Source of the DNA: Candidatus Hermodarchaeota archaeon
GTDB taxonomy: Archaea; Asgardarchaeota; Hermodarchaeia; Hermodarchaeales; Hermodarchaeaceae
DNA length: 14,479 nt
Assembly: GCA_016840065.1 (NCBI GenBank)
Contig: JAEOTB010000112.1
Coordinates: 1-14,479 of the forward strand
Reading direction: 5' to 3'
The translations under genes were made by a program, and so were the position numbers. Of this stretch, positions 1 to 7,026 are shown in pieces (the stretch's first letter is position 1; the number at the start of each line of letters is the position of its first letter). The notes beneath the pieces were generated by a model. The model had not been told where the DNA came from. It did no database searches and worked only from the letters and a program-made list of their open reading frames with translations.

Positions 1-270
1 CTCACTCTTCTTGAAAGCTGCTATAAAAATAACATAGAATTGAACTTCGTCGACATAAGCGATCGGGAAGTCTTTGAAGATATACTCTCGGTTCACATTT
101 TCCCTGCACTCCATAAACTGATAGTGAAAGGGCAAAAGCTCCTCAAGAAAAAACCCAAAGGGCAGGACAAACAGGTCCTCGTTGATTTACTGAAGCCCCT
201 AAAGGATGTAAGGGCGCCAGATACCTTGGTCGCTGATATTAAGGCTCTGATGAAAGAACTCAAAGATTAG
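1..270 (+). CDS. 5'-truncated paralog 1 of the PD-(D/E)XK-like tandem array (C-terminal half only)
   Basis: Frame 1 is open from base 1 (LTLLESCYKNNIELNFVDISDREVFEDILSVHIFP...) to TAG 268-270. It aligns collinearly with the C-terminal halves of the next two ORFs (CYE..I...IDIN.RQVFE..L..H.FP...DIK.L.K). The TTG at 40 is internal. Confidence 0.85.
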   Translation, partial: LTLLESCYKNNIELNFVDISDREVFEDILSVHIFPALHKLIVKGQKLLKKKPKGQDKQVLVDLLKPLKDVRAPDTLVADIKALMKELKD

Positions 271-285
271 AGGTGTTAAGTCAGG

Positions 286-831
286 ATGTCAGAATATCTC
301 CTTCTCAGCGTTTATACGAAATATCTCGAAGATAATGGATACTCAGTTGAACGTCGTGTAGAAATTCCTGGAGGTTCAGGACTGGTCGATGTCGTCGCAA
401 GAAAGGGAAGACAGACCCTCATAGTGGAAGCAAGGAAAATTACAAATGAAGGCGATGTCTTCGAGGCCCTAGCACGATGCAAGTTAAACAAAGAGGTATT
501 GCCGAATGCTGAGGCGGTAATCGTCCTGGAAAAGGAGGCAATCGATGAAGAGCTCGAAGCCAGAGTACTCCAAGCATGCTATGAAAACGAGATTCTGATA
601 CAATATATCGATATCAATGACCGCCAAGTATTCGAAGATATCCTAACCTTTCACATCTTTCCAGCATTCCGGAAGATTATGAAAGAGGCAAGGACGATCC
701 TTAAGGGAAAACCAAGTAGCTCTGCTAGGAAAATTCTTACCGATTTAATGAACTCACTGAAAGGAATCAAAGCCCCTCCTTCCCTTGCTGAAGATATTAA
801 GTCCCTGATAAAGGAAGCAAAGGCCAAGTAG
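286..831 (+). CDS. PD-(D/E)XK (Mrr/Hjc/YraN-like) restriction-endonuclease-fold protein with C-terminal helical extension, paralog 2; atypical active site
   Basis: 181 aa. N-terminal helix with E3, then YLEDNGYSVERRV, GLVDVVAR (catalytic D) and TLIVEAR (ExK position is ExR), followed by helix GDVFEALARC. SD AGGTG at 271-275. Confidence 0.75.
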   Translation: MSEYLLLSVYTKYLEDNGYSVERRVEIPGGSGLVDVVARKGRQTLIVEARKITNEGDVFEALARCKLNKEVLPNAEAVIVLEKEAIDEELEARVLQACYENEILIQYIDINDRQVFEDILTFHIFPAFRKIMKEARTILKGKPSSSARKILTDLMNSLKGIKAPPSLAEDIKSLIKEAKAK

Positions 832-921
832 CTGTGTACATTTTCAACAGGCAATAGGTCTCTCTTTTATTAACTAACACTCAAATACAAAGAGATATTG
901 TACATTTATCTTCGGTGTTTG

Positions 922-1470
922 ATGTTGTCTGAATTCCTTCTGATGTCTGTGTATACTCGATACCTTGAGTCTAAAGGCTATTCAGTGGAGCGGCGAGTGA
1001 AGCTTGAGAAGGGTTCAGGTTCTGTAGATATCATGGCTAGAAGTAAGAGAAAGAAGACGATCTTTGCGGAGGCGAGATGGATTCGAACCAAGGGGGATGT
1101 TTTCGAGGCCCTAGCTAGGTGTCTCATGAACAGACGGGCTTATCCGAGGATGCGGCACATTCTGGTTCTTGAGAAGAACGCGACATCAGCTGAAATTGAA
1201 CAAATTGTTCTGGACCGCTGTTATGAACATCAGATAGAACTGAATTTCGTGGACATCAACGCGCGTCAAGTGTTTGAGAATTTTCTCACAGCACACCTTT
1301 TTCCTTCTATTAGAGAGATGTTGAAATCCGCGAAGCAAGTACTCAGGAATAAGCTTTCTAGACCTCAGAAGGAAGCATTATTCGATGTGTTAAAACCACT
1401 GGCTAAGATTGAGGGTCTTCCTTCTCTGTCTTCGGATATAAGGAATCTCATAAAGCGATTTGAATCCTAA
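922..1470 (+). CDS. PD-(D/E)XK-like protein, paralog 3
   Basis: About 45-50% identical to 286..831 by manual alignment (SVYT.YLE..GYSVERRV, VD..AR, EAR, GDVFEALARC, VLEK, CYE, DIN.RQVFE). Start moved from TTG 898 to ATG 922 (or TTG 925) by alignment with paralog 2 and GGTG at 914-917. Confidence 0.78.
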   Translation: MLSEFLLMSVYTRYLESKGYSVERRVKLEKGSGSVDIMARSKRKKTIFAEARWIRTKGDVFEALARCLMNRRAYPRMRHILVLEKNATSAEIEQIVLDRCYEHQIELNFVDINARQVFENFLTAHLFPSIREMLKSAKQVLRNKLSRPQKEALFDVLKPLAKIEGLPSLSSDIRNLIKRFES

Positions 1471-1520
1471 TTTCCTCTATTAATCCAAAATGTTTCAACT
1501 GATGCCCTGTCAGATAGTGG

Positions 1521-2300
1521 TTATCGAATTTCTAGAACCGACCCTGTTCCGATTTTCCAATAACTCTCCTTGAAGACTTCTTGAAGAGCCTCTTTCGCGC
1601 TCTTACCAGTGCAGTGGCAAGGGGCAATGAACTGTACATCCATTTTTGCTAGTTTTTCCGCCATCTCTGTGCCTTCTTCACGAGTGCTTAAATGGAAGCC
1701 ACCTATGATTGCATGAAATGCGCTTTCAGGGAATATCTTCTGTGCCTTTCTGGCTAATCGGTCAACGCCTGGATGAGCGCATCCAGTTAGCAGGACAATT
1801 CCTTTTTCAGCAGTGTTGATGACAAGTCCATGTTCCTTAAGCGACTTTGACCCTAGAACACTTGTAGTTGATATTCCTGAGCCAACAACTTCAGAAATAT
1901 CCGCAATAACGAACCGACCATCCGCGCTCGAAATCATATCCTCTACATCTTCATGACCAATTGGAAGATATGTAACACAGTCTTTACTACTGATATGTTC
2001 CATCGCAGTTCCGAGTGCACCATAGTGATCCGTATGGAAGTGAGAAATCACAACAGCACGAGTCTCGGCAAGATCCAGACCAAGTGCCTTCACATTATGC
2101 CGGAAAACATGTGGACTTCCTCCCAAATCGAACAGGATGATATCATCACGGCCAGCATAATGTATGTTTAAGTGAAGAGAGAGCCCCCAGATGCTCCCTA
2201 GCCCAGGCTTGGTCAAAGTATTATCGATTAGTGCAGTGATTGTGACACCAAGAACGTCTTCTACAGCAGCGTCAGCCGCCCTTTGCATAGCGGACTCCAT
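1521..2300 (-). CDS. Metallo-beta-lactamase-fold hydrolase, COG1237 / MJ0301-like (often annotated as 7,8-dihydropterin-6-yl-methyl-4-(beta-D-ribofuranosyl)aminobenzene 5'-phosphate synthase)
   Basis: Motifs: LIDN, WGLS, ILFDLG, SHFHTDHYG (HxHxDH), EHGL, TGCAHPG, IIGGFHL, APCHCTG. ATG 2300 is preferred over GTG 2318 because of a GAGGT SD and the TATA position. Confidence 0.88.
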   Translation of the reverse strand: MESAMQRAADAAVEDVLGVTITALIDNTLTKPGLGSIWGLSLHLNIHYAGRDDIILFDLGGSPHVFRHNVKALGLDLAETRAVVISHFHTDHYGALGTAMEHISSKDCVTYLPIGHEDVEDMISSADGRFVIADISEVVGSGISTTSVLGSKSLKEHGLVINTAEKGIVLLTGCAHPGVDRLARKAQKIFPESAFHAIIGGFHLSTREEGTEMAEKLAKMDVQFIAPCHCTGKSAKEALQEVFKESYWKIGTGSVLEIR

Positions 2301-2336
2301 CTCATATACCTCTATCACCCTTCCTCATTTTTCCCT

Positions 2337-2407
2337 CTTAATACTTCTGTTCAACCACACAATCGTTTCGAGGTCGACAAGGCTGCCACTACACCAAAGA
2401 TTATAGA
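2337..2407. promoter_or_regulatory. Divergent archaeal BRE/TATA-like promoter pair (MBL hydrolase on -, DUF4177-like gene on +)
   Basis: Minus strand GAAGTATTAAG (2347-2337) and plus strand AAAGATTATAGA (2396-2407). Each lies roughly 20-40 nt upstream of a start codon. Confidence 0.45.
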
Positions 2408-2442
2408 TACGCCTTCTCGAGAACTCAATGGTGCTATCACAA

Positions 2443-2610
2443 ATGAAAGACTTCGAATATCAATGCGTCCTAGTCGGTCACCACAACAACGTAGCAAAAG
2501 TAATTGAAGAGCATCTGAAAGGAGGTTGGCGCTTACACACATACACAGCTGCGCAACTGAACCCGCATCAGATAAACCATTATCTACTGTTTGAAAGAGA
2601 CGCCTTTTAA
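2443..2610 (+). CDS. Small DUF4177-like protein
   Basis: MKDFEYQCV...VIEEHLKGGWRL...HYLLFER matches the EY..(x)n..GW.L..(x)n..F.R pattern of DUF4177. GGTG precedes ATG 2443; alternative start ATG 2428. Confidence 0.7.
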   Translation: MKDFEYQCVLVGHHNNVAKVIEEHLKGGWRLHTYTAAQLNPHQINHYLLFERDAF

Positions 2611-2620
2611 CTCAATACCG

Positions 2621-2664
2621 CAAAAAGAAGAAAATACGAGGAGTCAAACATTCTCCTCGCTTTC
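2621..2664. terminator. Hairpin between convergent genes, probable terminator (strongest on - strand)
   Basis: Perfect 7-bp stem CGAGGAG (2637-2643) / CTCCTCG (2653-2659) with a 9-nt loop. On - it is followed by TATTTTCTTCTTTTTG; on + by CTTTC. Confidence 0.55.
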
Positions 2665-2693
2665 ACTAGAACAGTACATGCTACGAGATGAGT

Positions 2694-3755
2694 CTAGCTG
2701 ACATACTTGCTCACGGCTCTCAGACGTTGCTCAGCTTCCTTCATCACACGATCAATGACTTCCTTCACTGTTGGAATATCACTGATGCCACCGACAGTCT
2801 GCCCAACAAGAATCGGGCCCTTCTGAACATCGCCCCTGTAAACAAGTTCGTAACTTTCCATTTCTTTCAGGAGATCTTCCGCTTGCAACGTTTGCTCCTG
2901 AGCCATCCGGGCCTGCCGATCAGGTACTGGAGCGCCATGAGTCTTCGAATACTCGTTCTTCAGCAACCGAATGGGGCCAAACGCGCCTGTCGTCATCAAA
3001 GTGTCCTCGTCTGTTGCTGGTAGGATTAGTGCCTTGTAGTCTTCGTGGAATTCGCATTCCCGTGTCGCGATAAACCTGGTGCCCATCTGAATACCGACTG
3101 CGCCCAACCCCAGCGCCCCAGCTAGTCCTTTCCCGTCGTAAAAGCCGCCACAGGCTACGACCGGTAAATCACCGCATAAATCCACCATCTCCGCTACAAG
3201 GACGGTAGTAGCTACTGCTTCATAGGAGTTATGGCCTCCGCCCTCGTAGCCTGTCGCGACAATCCCATCGATGTGGTCGCCTTTGGTGCCTGGGTTCTTC
3301 TTCTGGAACCATGCGGGGTTCATGGCTTTCACTGCGAGCCACTTGGCTGGGATTACGTGAAAGTGGATAAGGTCTGGGTCAACGGTCTTGAAGTGATGAG
3401 CAGCTGGTCTGGGGTCACCTGCTGATGTGATGACTAACTTGAGTTGTTCTCGAACCTTCGGGTTCTCCTTTCGGAGCCGGGGAATGAGCTTGATGAGTTC
3501 AGGGTAATCTATTTGTAGCCTAGCAGTTCGGATGTTGACACCGAATGTTCCACTAGTGTTGTCAACGACTTCGAGGATGTTCTTTTCCATTTCCTTGATT
3601 GGGTCAAGGTCTCGGAGGTTTGTGTGAGAGACAACACCAAACGCACCTGCGTTGGCAACAGCAGCGCAGAGTTTAGTTGTATAAAATGGACCCATCGCAG
3701 CTTGGATGATGGGGTGTTTGCATTCCAGCATCTCAGTTAGTTTGGTTTTAATCAT
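2694..3755 (-). CDS. Nitronate monooxygenase / FabK-like FMN-dependent oxidoreductase (2-nitropropane dioxygenase family)
   Basis: TKLTEML..KHPIIQAAMG, FGVNI, VITSAGDP, GYEGGGH, PVVACGGFYDGKG, GAVGIQMGTRFIATREC, GQTVGGISDI. ATG 3755 (MIKTKL) matches the family N-terminus better than TTG 3779. Confidence 0.9.
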   Translation of the reverse strand: MIKTKLTEMLECKHPIIQAAMGPFYTTKLCAAVANAGAFGVVSHTNLRDLDPIKEMEKNILEVVDNTSGTFGVNIRTARLQIDYPELIKLIPRLRKENPKVREQLKLVITSAGDPRPAAHHFKTVDPDLIHFHVIPAKWLAVKAMNPAWFQKKNPGTKGDHIDGIVATGYEGGGHNSYEAVATTVLVAEMVDLCGDLPVVACGGFYDGKGLAGALGLGAVGIQMGTRFIATRECEFHEDYKALILPATDEDTLMTTGAFGPIRLLKNEYSKTHGAPVPDRQARMAQEQTLQAEDLLKEMESYELVYRGDVQKGPILVGQTVGGISDIPTVKEVIDRVMKEAEQRLRAVSKYVS

Positions 3756-3969
3756 AATATTCGCCTTCTTGGTTTTCAAGAGATTGCAGGTTTTCCTTCC
3801 ATATTATTCAGCGTGAATTTAAGTCTAAGTGTTGTTACGCCTTGTTCGCCATTCTGCAAATCAAATCGAAAGGTTCATAATACTGGAGCCAAATTACAGA
3901 ATGGGATTTACTCTCTACATAGTCCGTCCGTGGAATGGTAATCAACAATGATATTTGTGGTGAATATTA

Positions 3970-4191
3970 TTGGCTACTAGACGATGGGAGTTCCTCTGTG
4001 TTCTAGTATTGGCTATAGTAGTGCTGCTATCTGCAACGTATTTTATGTTAGTATGTAGTTGTGTTACAGTCAATGGAACAGAGTTATGGATTGGTTGGAT
4101 TTGGTGGGGAATAATTGTGTTAACACTTTCTGCCCTAGCCGTAGAGATACTATCTTTACCAGCAGTTCTTCGTCGATTGCGGCGGCACTGA
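3970..4191 (+). CDS. Small hypothetical 2-TM membrane protein
   Basis: 73 aa with two hydrophobic segments, basic N- and C-termini (RR; RRLRRH) and a loop containing CSC and NGT. It fills an otherwise empty region. TTG start is uncertain. Confidence 0.55.
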   Translation: MATRRWEFLCVLVLAIVVLLSATYFMLVCSCVTVNGTELWIGWIWWGIIVLTLSALAVEILSLPAVLRRLRRH

Positions 4192-4241
4192 TTCTAGCTA
4201 TTCTCTCGATTTTCTCTACTCTTTTCAGTTGAAGTTCTCCG

Positions 4242-4451
4242 CTAGCTCGACATCTGCAAAGCTGGTTGCGCCTCTCGGATTTCTAAGGTCCGATCCACAA
4301 AGAGCACAAGAAAACAACCTTGATCACAATATGCAGGCACAAGAACGGGAATACGAGGAGCGCCCTTAATCTTGCCTTCGTCTACAGTAACTTTCGTAAT
4401 CGGGTTCCCACACACTGGACACTGATGCTCAGATAGGAGACGGCGAGTCAT
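4242..4451 (-). CDS. Small putative zinc-binding protein (CPVC...CDQGC...FVDRTLEIR)
   Basis: 69 aa, ATG start, two Cys pairs. A TTTATTGA TATA-like element lies about 25 nt upstream on the - strand. Confidence 0.75.
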   Translation of the reverse strand: MTRRLLSEHQCPVCGNPITKVTVDEGKIKGAPRIPVLVPAYCDQGCFLVLFVDRTLEIREAQPALQMSS

Positions 4452-4581
4452 AAGAACAACATCTACCTATTCTCTCAATAAAGAAACTAGCTCTGTAGGT
4501 TTTATGCATTTTGATTAAGGACCTTCGATTTTGGTAGGCTTATAAGATATGGCTGCGTGTTATCTCAACGGGTGAAACGTA

Positions 4582-5691
4582 GTGGTGGAGTTTGGGCAGC
4601 AACTGTTCTTCTCAAGAAACTGGGATTTAGTCAAGAAGAAACTAGCTATGATGATTGAACAAAAGACTTGGAGTTCTGTCTGGGTCCCGGATCATCTACG
4701 CGGTTTACCTCCTTTTGCCATTGACGCGTTCTTATCACCTTGGACGATGCTGGCTGCATTCGCCGAACTAGCTCCAAATATGACCTTTGGAGTAGCTGTA
4801 ACTGATGGGATTCGCCTCCACCCTGCAATTCTAGCCCAAAACGCGGTATCACTGGACCATCAATCTGGTGGAAAATTCATACTAGGCATCGGGGCGGGGG
4901 AGAAAATGAACCTCTCCGCCTATGGTTTCTCCACAAAACGCGCGGTTAGCCGGATGCGCGAATGCATAGAAGTCATGAAGCTCCTCTGGAAAGAAACCGG
5001 TCCTGTTGATCATAAGGGGCGCTTCTACCGTCTAGAACGAGCAGTTCTAGAGCCTAAACCTCTAAATCACTCAAATGTTCCAGTCTGGATTGCAGGTAAC
5101 GGACCGAGGACAAGAAAACTCACAGCAGAATTCGCTGATGGGTGGTTTCCCTTCCCAGCACTTCCAAATCTATACAAGGAAGGGATAGCGGATATCCATC
5201 GTCATATGAAACACATTGGACGCAATCCATCTACTCTAACAGGTGGATTCTGGGGGCGGGTTTTCATCAATGATGATCCAGCGAAGATATCACAGTATCT
5301 CAGTGGGCTTAGAGGGCAACTAGCTTTGGAACCAAGGCTCCTACGAGAACTCGGGCACTGGCACGACAGTTATGATCAGATATACCAAGAGCAGGGACTT
5401 GTACCAGAACGATTAAGCTTGCTAACCTATGATGCAGATGATATTGCAAGAATTGACATCAGTAAATTAATGCCCCTAGTTGCTGACATTCCAGAAAAGG
5501 ATCTCAAATCAATAGCACTAGCTGGTACCGCAGAAGAAGTAACAAAGAAACTGGAGGCCTTCATTAAGGCTGGAGTCAATCACTTCTGCCTTGAAGTCAT
5601 CAACGGTGTAAGCCGACGTAACGCCCCATTTACATATTGGGATGCTTCACGAATTCTTGCCGAGGATATTATCACTGCCCTAAAGTATTAG
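4582..5691 (+). CDS. LLM-class (luciferase-like) oxidoreductase, probably F420-dependent
   Basis: SVWVPDH, PWTMLAA, FGVAVT, HPAILAQ..SLDHQSGGKFILGIGAG, VPVWIAGNGP, AEFADGW, AGTAEEV..L..FIKAGVNHF. SD GGTGA at 4571-4575; TTATAAG at 4540-4546. F420 use is inferred from the archaeal context. Confidence 0.9.
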   Translation: MVEFGQQLFFSRNWDLVKKKLAMMIEQKTWSSVWVPDHLRGLPPFAIDAFLSPWTMLAAFAELAPNMTFGVAVTDGIRLHPAILAQNAVSLDHQSGGKFILGIGAGEKMNLSAYGFSTKRAVSRMRECIEVMKLLWKETGPVDHKGRFYRLERAVLEPKPLNHSNVPVWIAGNGPRTRKLTAEFADGWFPFPALPNLYKEGIADIHRHMKHIGRNPSTLTGGFWGRVFINDDPAKISQYLSGLRGQLALEPRLLRELGHWHDSYDQIYQEQGLVPERLSLLTYDADDIARIDISKLMPLVADIPEKDLKSIALAGTAEEVTKKLEAFIKAGVNHFCLEVINGVSRRNAPFTYWDASRILAEDIITALKY

Positions 5692-5795
5692 ACACGTTCA
5701 ACCGGTTTTATGGCCATCTCTAATACAACTAGTTCCATTTATTTGGGCAACGGGTAACCTACAACACAGAATGTAGTAGGATGATGCTGTGAGCA

Positions 5796-6929
5796 ATGGA
5801 CGAAACATTCAGGATACACAATCGCCGTATACGCTCAATCGACGTGGTTAGAGGAATCGCAGTAATTGCGATGATTTACAACCACTTTGGCCATGCCTTA
5901 GTGAACCCTACTTACTTCCCTCCTCTAACGCTCACCATATTATTCCCAGCCATCTGGGGTCAAGGGCTATTCTACGGATTCATAGGCGTAACAACCGCCA
6001 TGGTAGATCATAGGATAAAAGCCAAAGGAGTTCCTCAGAGCGCGGTCTGGCGACGCTTGTTACCCCGCGCTGGTATGATTCTGTTCATGGGGTATCTCTT
6101 GTCGATTATGATGGGCGGCTGGCGATGGGTACTGGACTGGAGCGTACTCCAACTAATCGCGGTCTCGATGATAGTTTCCCAACTTGCGATGAAAATCCCC
6201 CCGCGGTACCGTATAGCGCTTCCAGTGATCATCGTAGCCATGACTCCTTTTCTGCAGCTGCTGCTTAACTACCAAGTAGTATCTACTGCGGTCACTTACC
6301 AACCACCTCAGAATCTCCTAGAGCATTTAGCGGCGATGATAACCAACGGAAGGTTGCCGCTTTTCCCCTGGCTAGCCTCTCCACTGATTGGTACAATCGT
6401 CGGCGAAGCAATCGTAGCCCCGTCAAAACAGCCACTAAAATTAACTCAGGCATCTCTTGTGGCCGGTGCAGCCCAACTCGCCTGCCTACCACCTCTTGTG
6501 TTCCTAGCAGGAGACGCTCTGACTCAAGCCCCCTTGACAATTGGGTACTTCCTACTTGTCAATGGGTTAGCTTTCCTTATCACAGCGGCAGTTGTTACAA
6601 CAGTAGACCTCTGGCGATGGCGCTGGTCTCCAATACCGCAATTCTGCGAGGTTAACGGACAAATGATGCTGATCACATATATCATGCATTTCCTTTACTG
6701 CCCACTCCTGTTAACGCATACACTGGGCTTTGTACAGAACATGGAAGTAGTGGGATTCTTCATCGCGGTAGTAGGCTACTTTGTCCTCTCGATGGTTTTC
6801 GCTCGGTTCTGGCTGCCCTTTAGGTTCAAGAACTCCTCCAGAGTTGATTATTATGCTACGTTTGTACTTCTCGCTATTGGTGTTCTGTGGCGAATCATCT
6901 TCGCCTACCTCGGTATATGGAGCTGGTAA
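5796..6929 (+). CDS. DUF1624 / heparan-alpha-glucosaminide N-acetyltransferase-like polytopic membrane acyltransferase
   Basis: RIRSIDVVRGIAVIAMIYNH, RRLLPRAGMILFMG, SVLQLIA, PLFPWL, GQMMLITYIMH; about 10-11 hydrophobic segments. Confidence 0.8.
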   Translation: MDETFRIHNRRIRSIDVVRGIAVIAMIYNHFGHALVNPTYFPPLTLTILFPAIWGQGLFYGFIGVTTAMVDHRIKAKGVPQSAVWRRLLPRAGMILFMGYLLSIMMGGWRWVLDWSVLQLIAVSMIVSQLAMKIPPRYRIALPVIIVAMTPFLQLLLNYQVVSTAVTYQPPQNLLEHLAAMITNGRLPLFPWLASPLIGTIVGEAIVAPSKQPLKLTQASLVAGAAQLACLPPLVFLAGDALTQAPLTIGYFLLVNGLAFLITAAVVTTVDLWRWRWSPIPQFCEVNGQMMLITYIMHFLYCPLLLTHTLGFVQNMEVVGFFIAVVGYFVLSMVFARFWLPFRFKNSSRVDYYATFVLLAIGVLWRIIFAYLGIWSW

Positions 6930-6949
6930 TGTTTTGAGTAGAGACTCAT

Positions 6950-6961
6950 GAAAGCTTATAG
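6950..6961 (+). promoter_or_regulatory. BRE/TATA-like element upstream of pyk
   Basis: GAAAGCTTATAG: a purine-rich run followed by CTTATA, about 65 nt before the start. Confidence 0.4.
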
Positions 6962-7026
6962 CGAATAGCGGTTTGGACAGTTAAACAGAAACCAAGAGAT
7001 AAATCGAGTTAGATTAATCAAGATGG

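Noticed and set aside
268-921. All three nuclease-fold paralogs are in frame 1 and the first two end in TAG, suggesting pyrrolysine or readthrough fusion
   Set aside because: In-frame TAA codons follow in both spacers (277-279 and 871-873), and each downstream gene has its own SD-like site.
286-1470. Classical restriction-modification system or Holliday junction resolvase (hjc)
   Set aside because: The ExK lysine is absent, no methyltransferase is visible, Hjc-specific motifs are not seen, and the genes are triplicated with an extra helical tail.
3780-3969. 190-nt divergent intergenic region as a possible ncRNA or tRNA
   Set aside because: No cloverleaf, box C/D pair or strong stem found by eye; explained by two divergent promoters.
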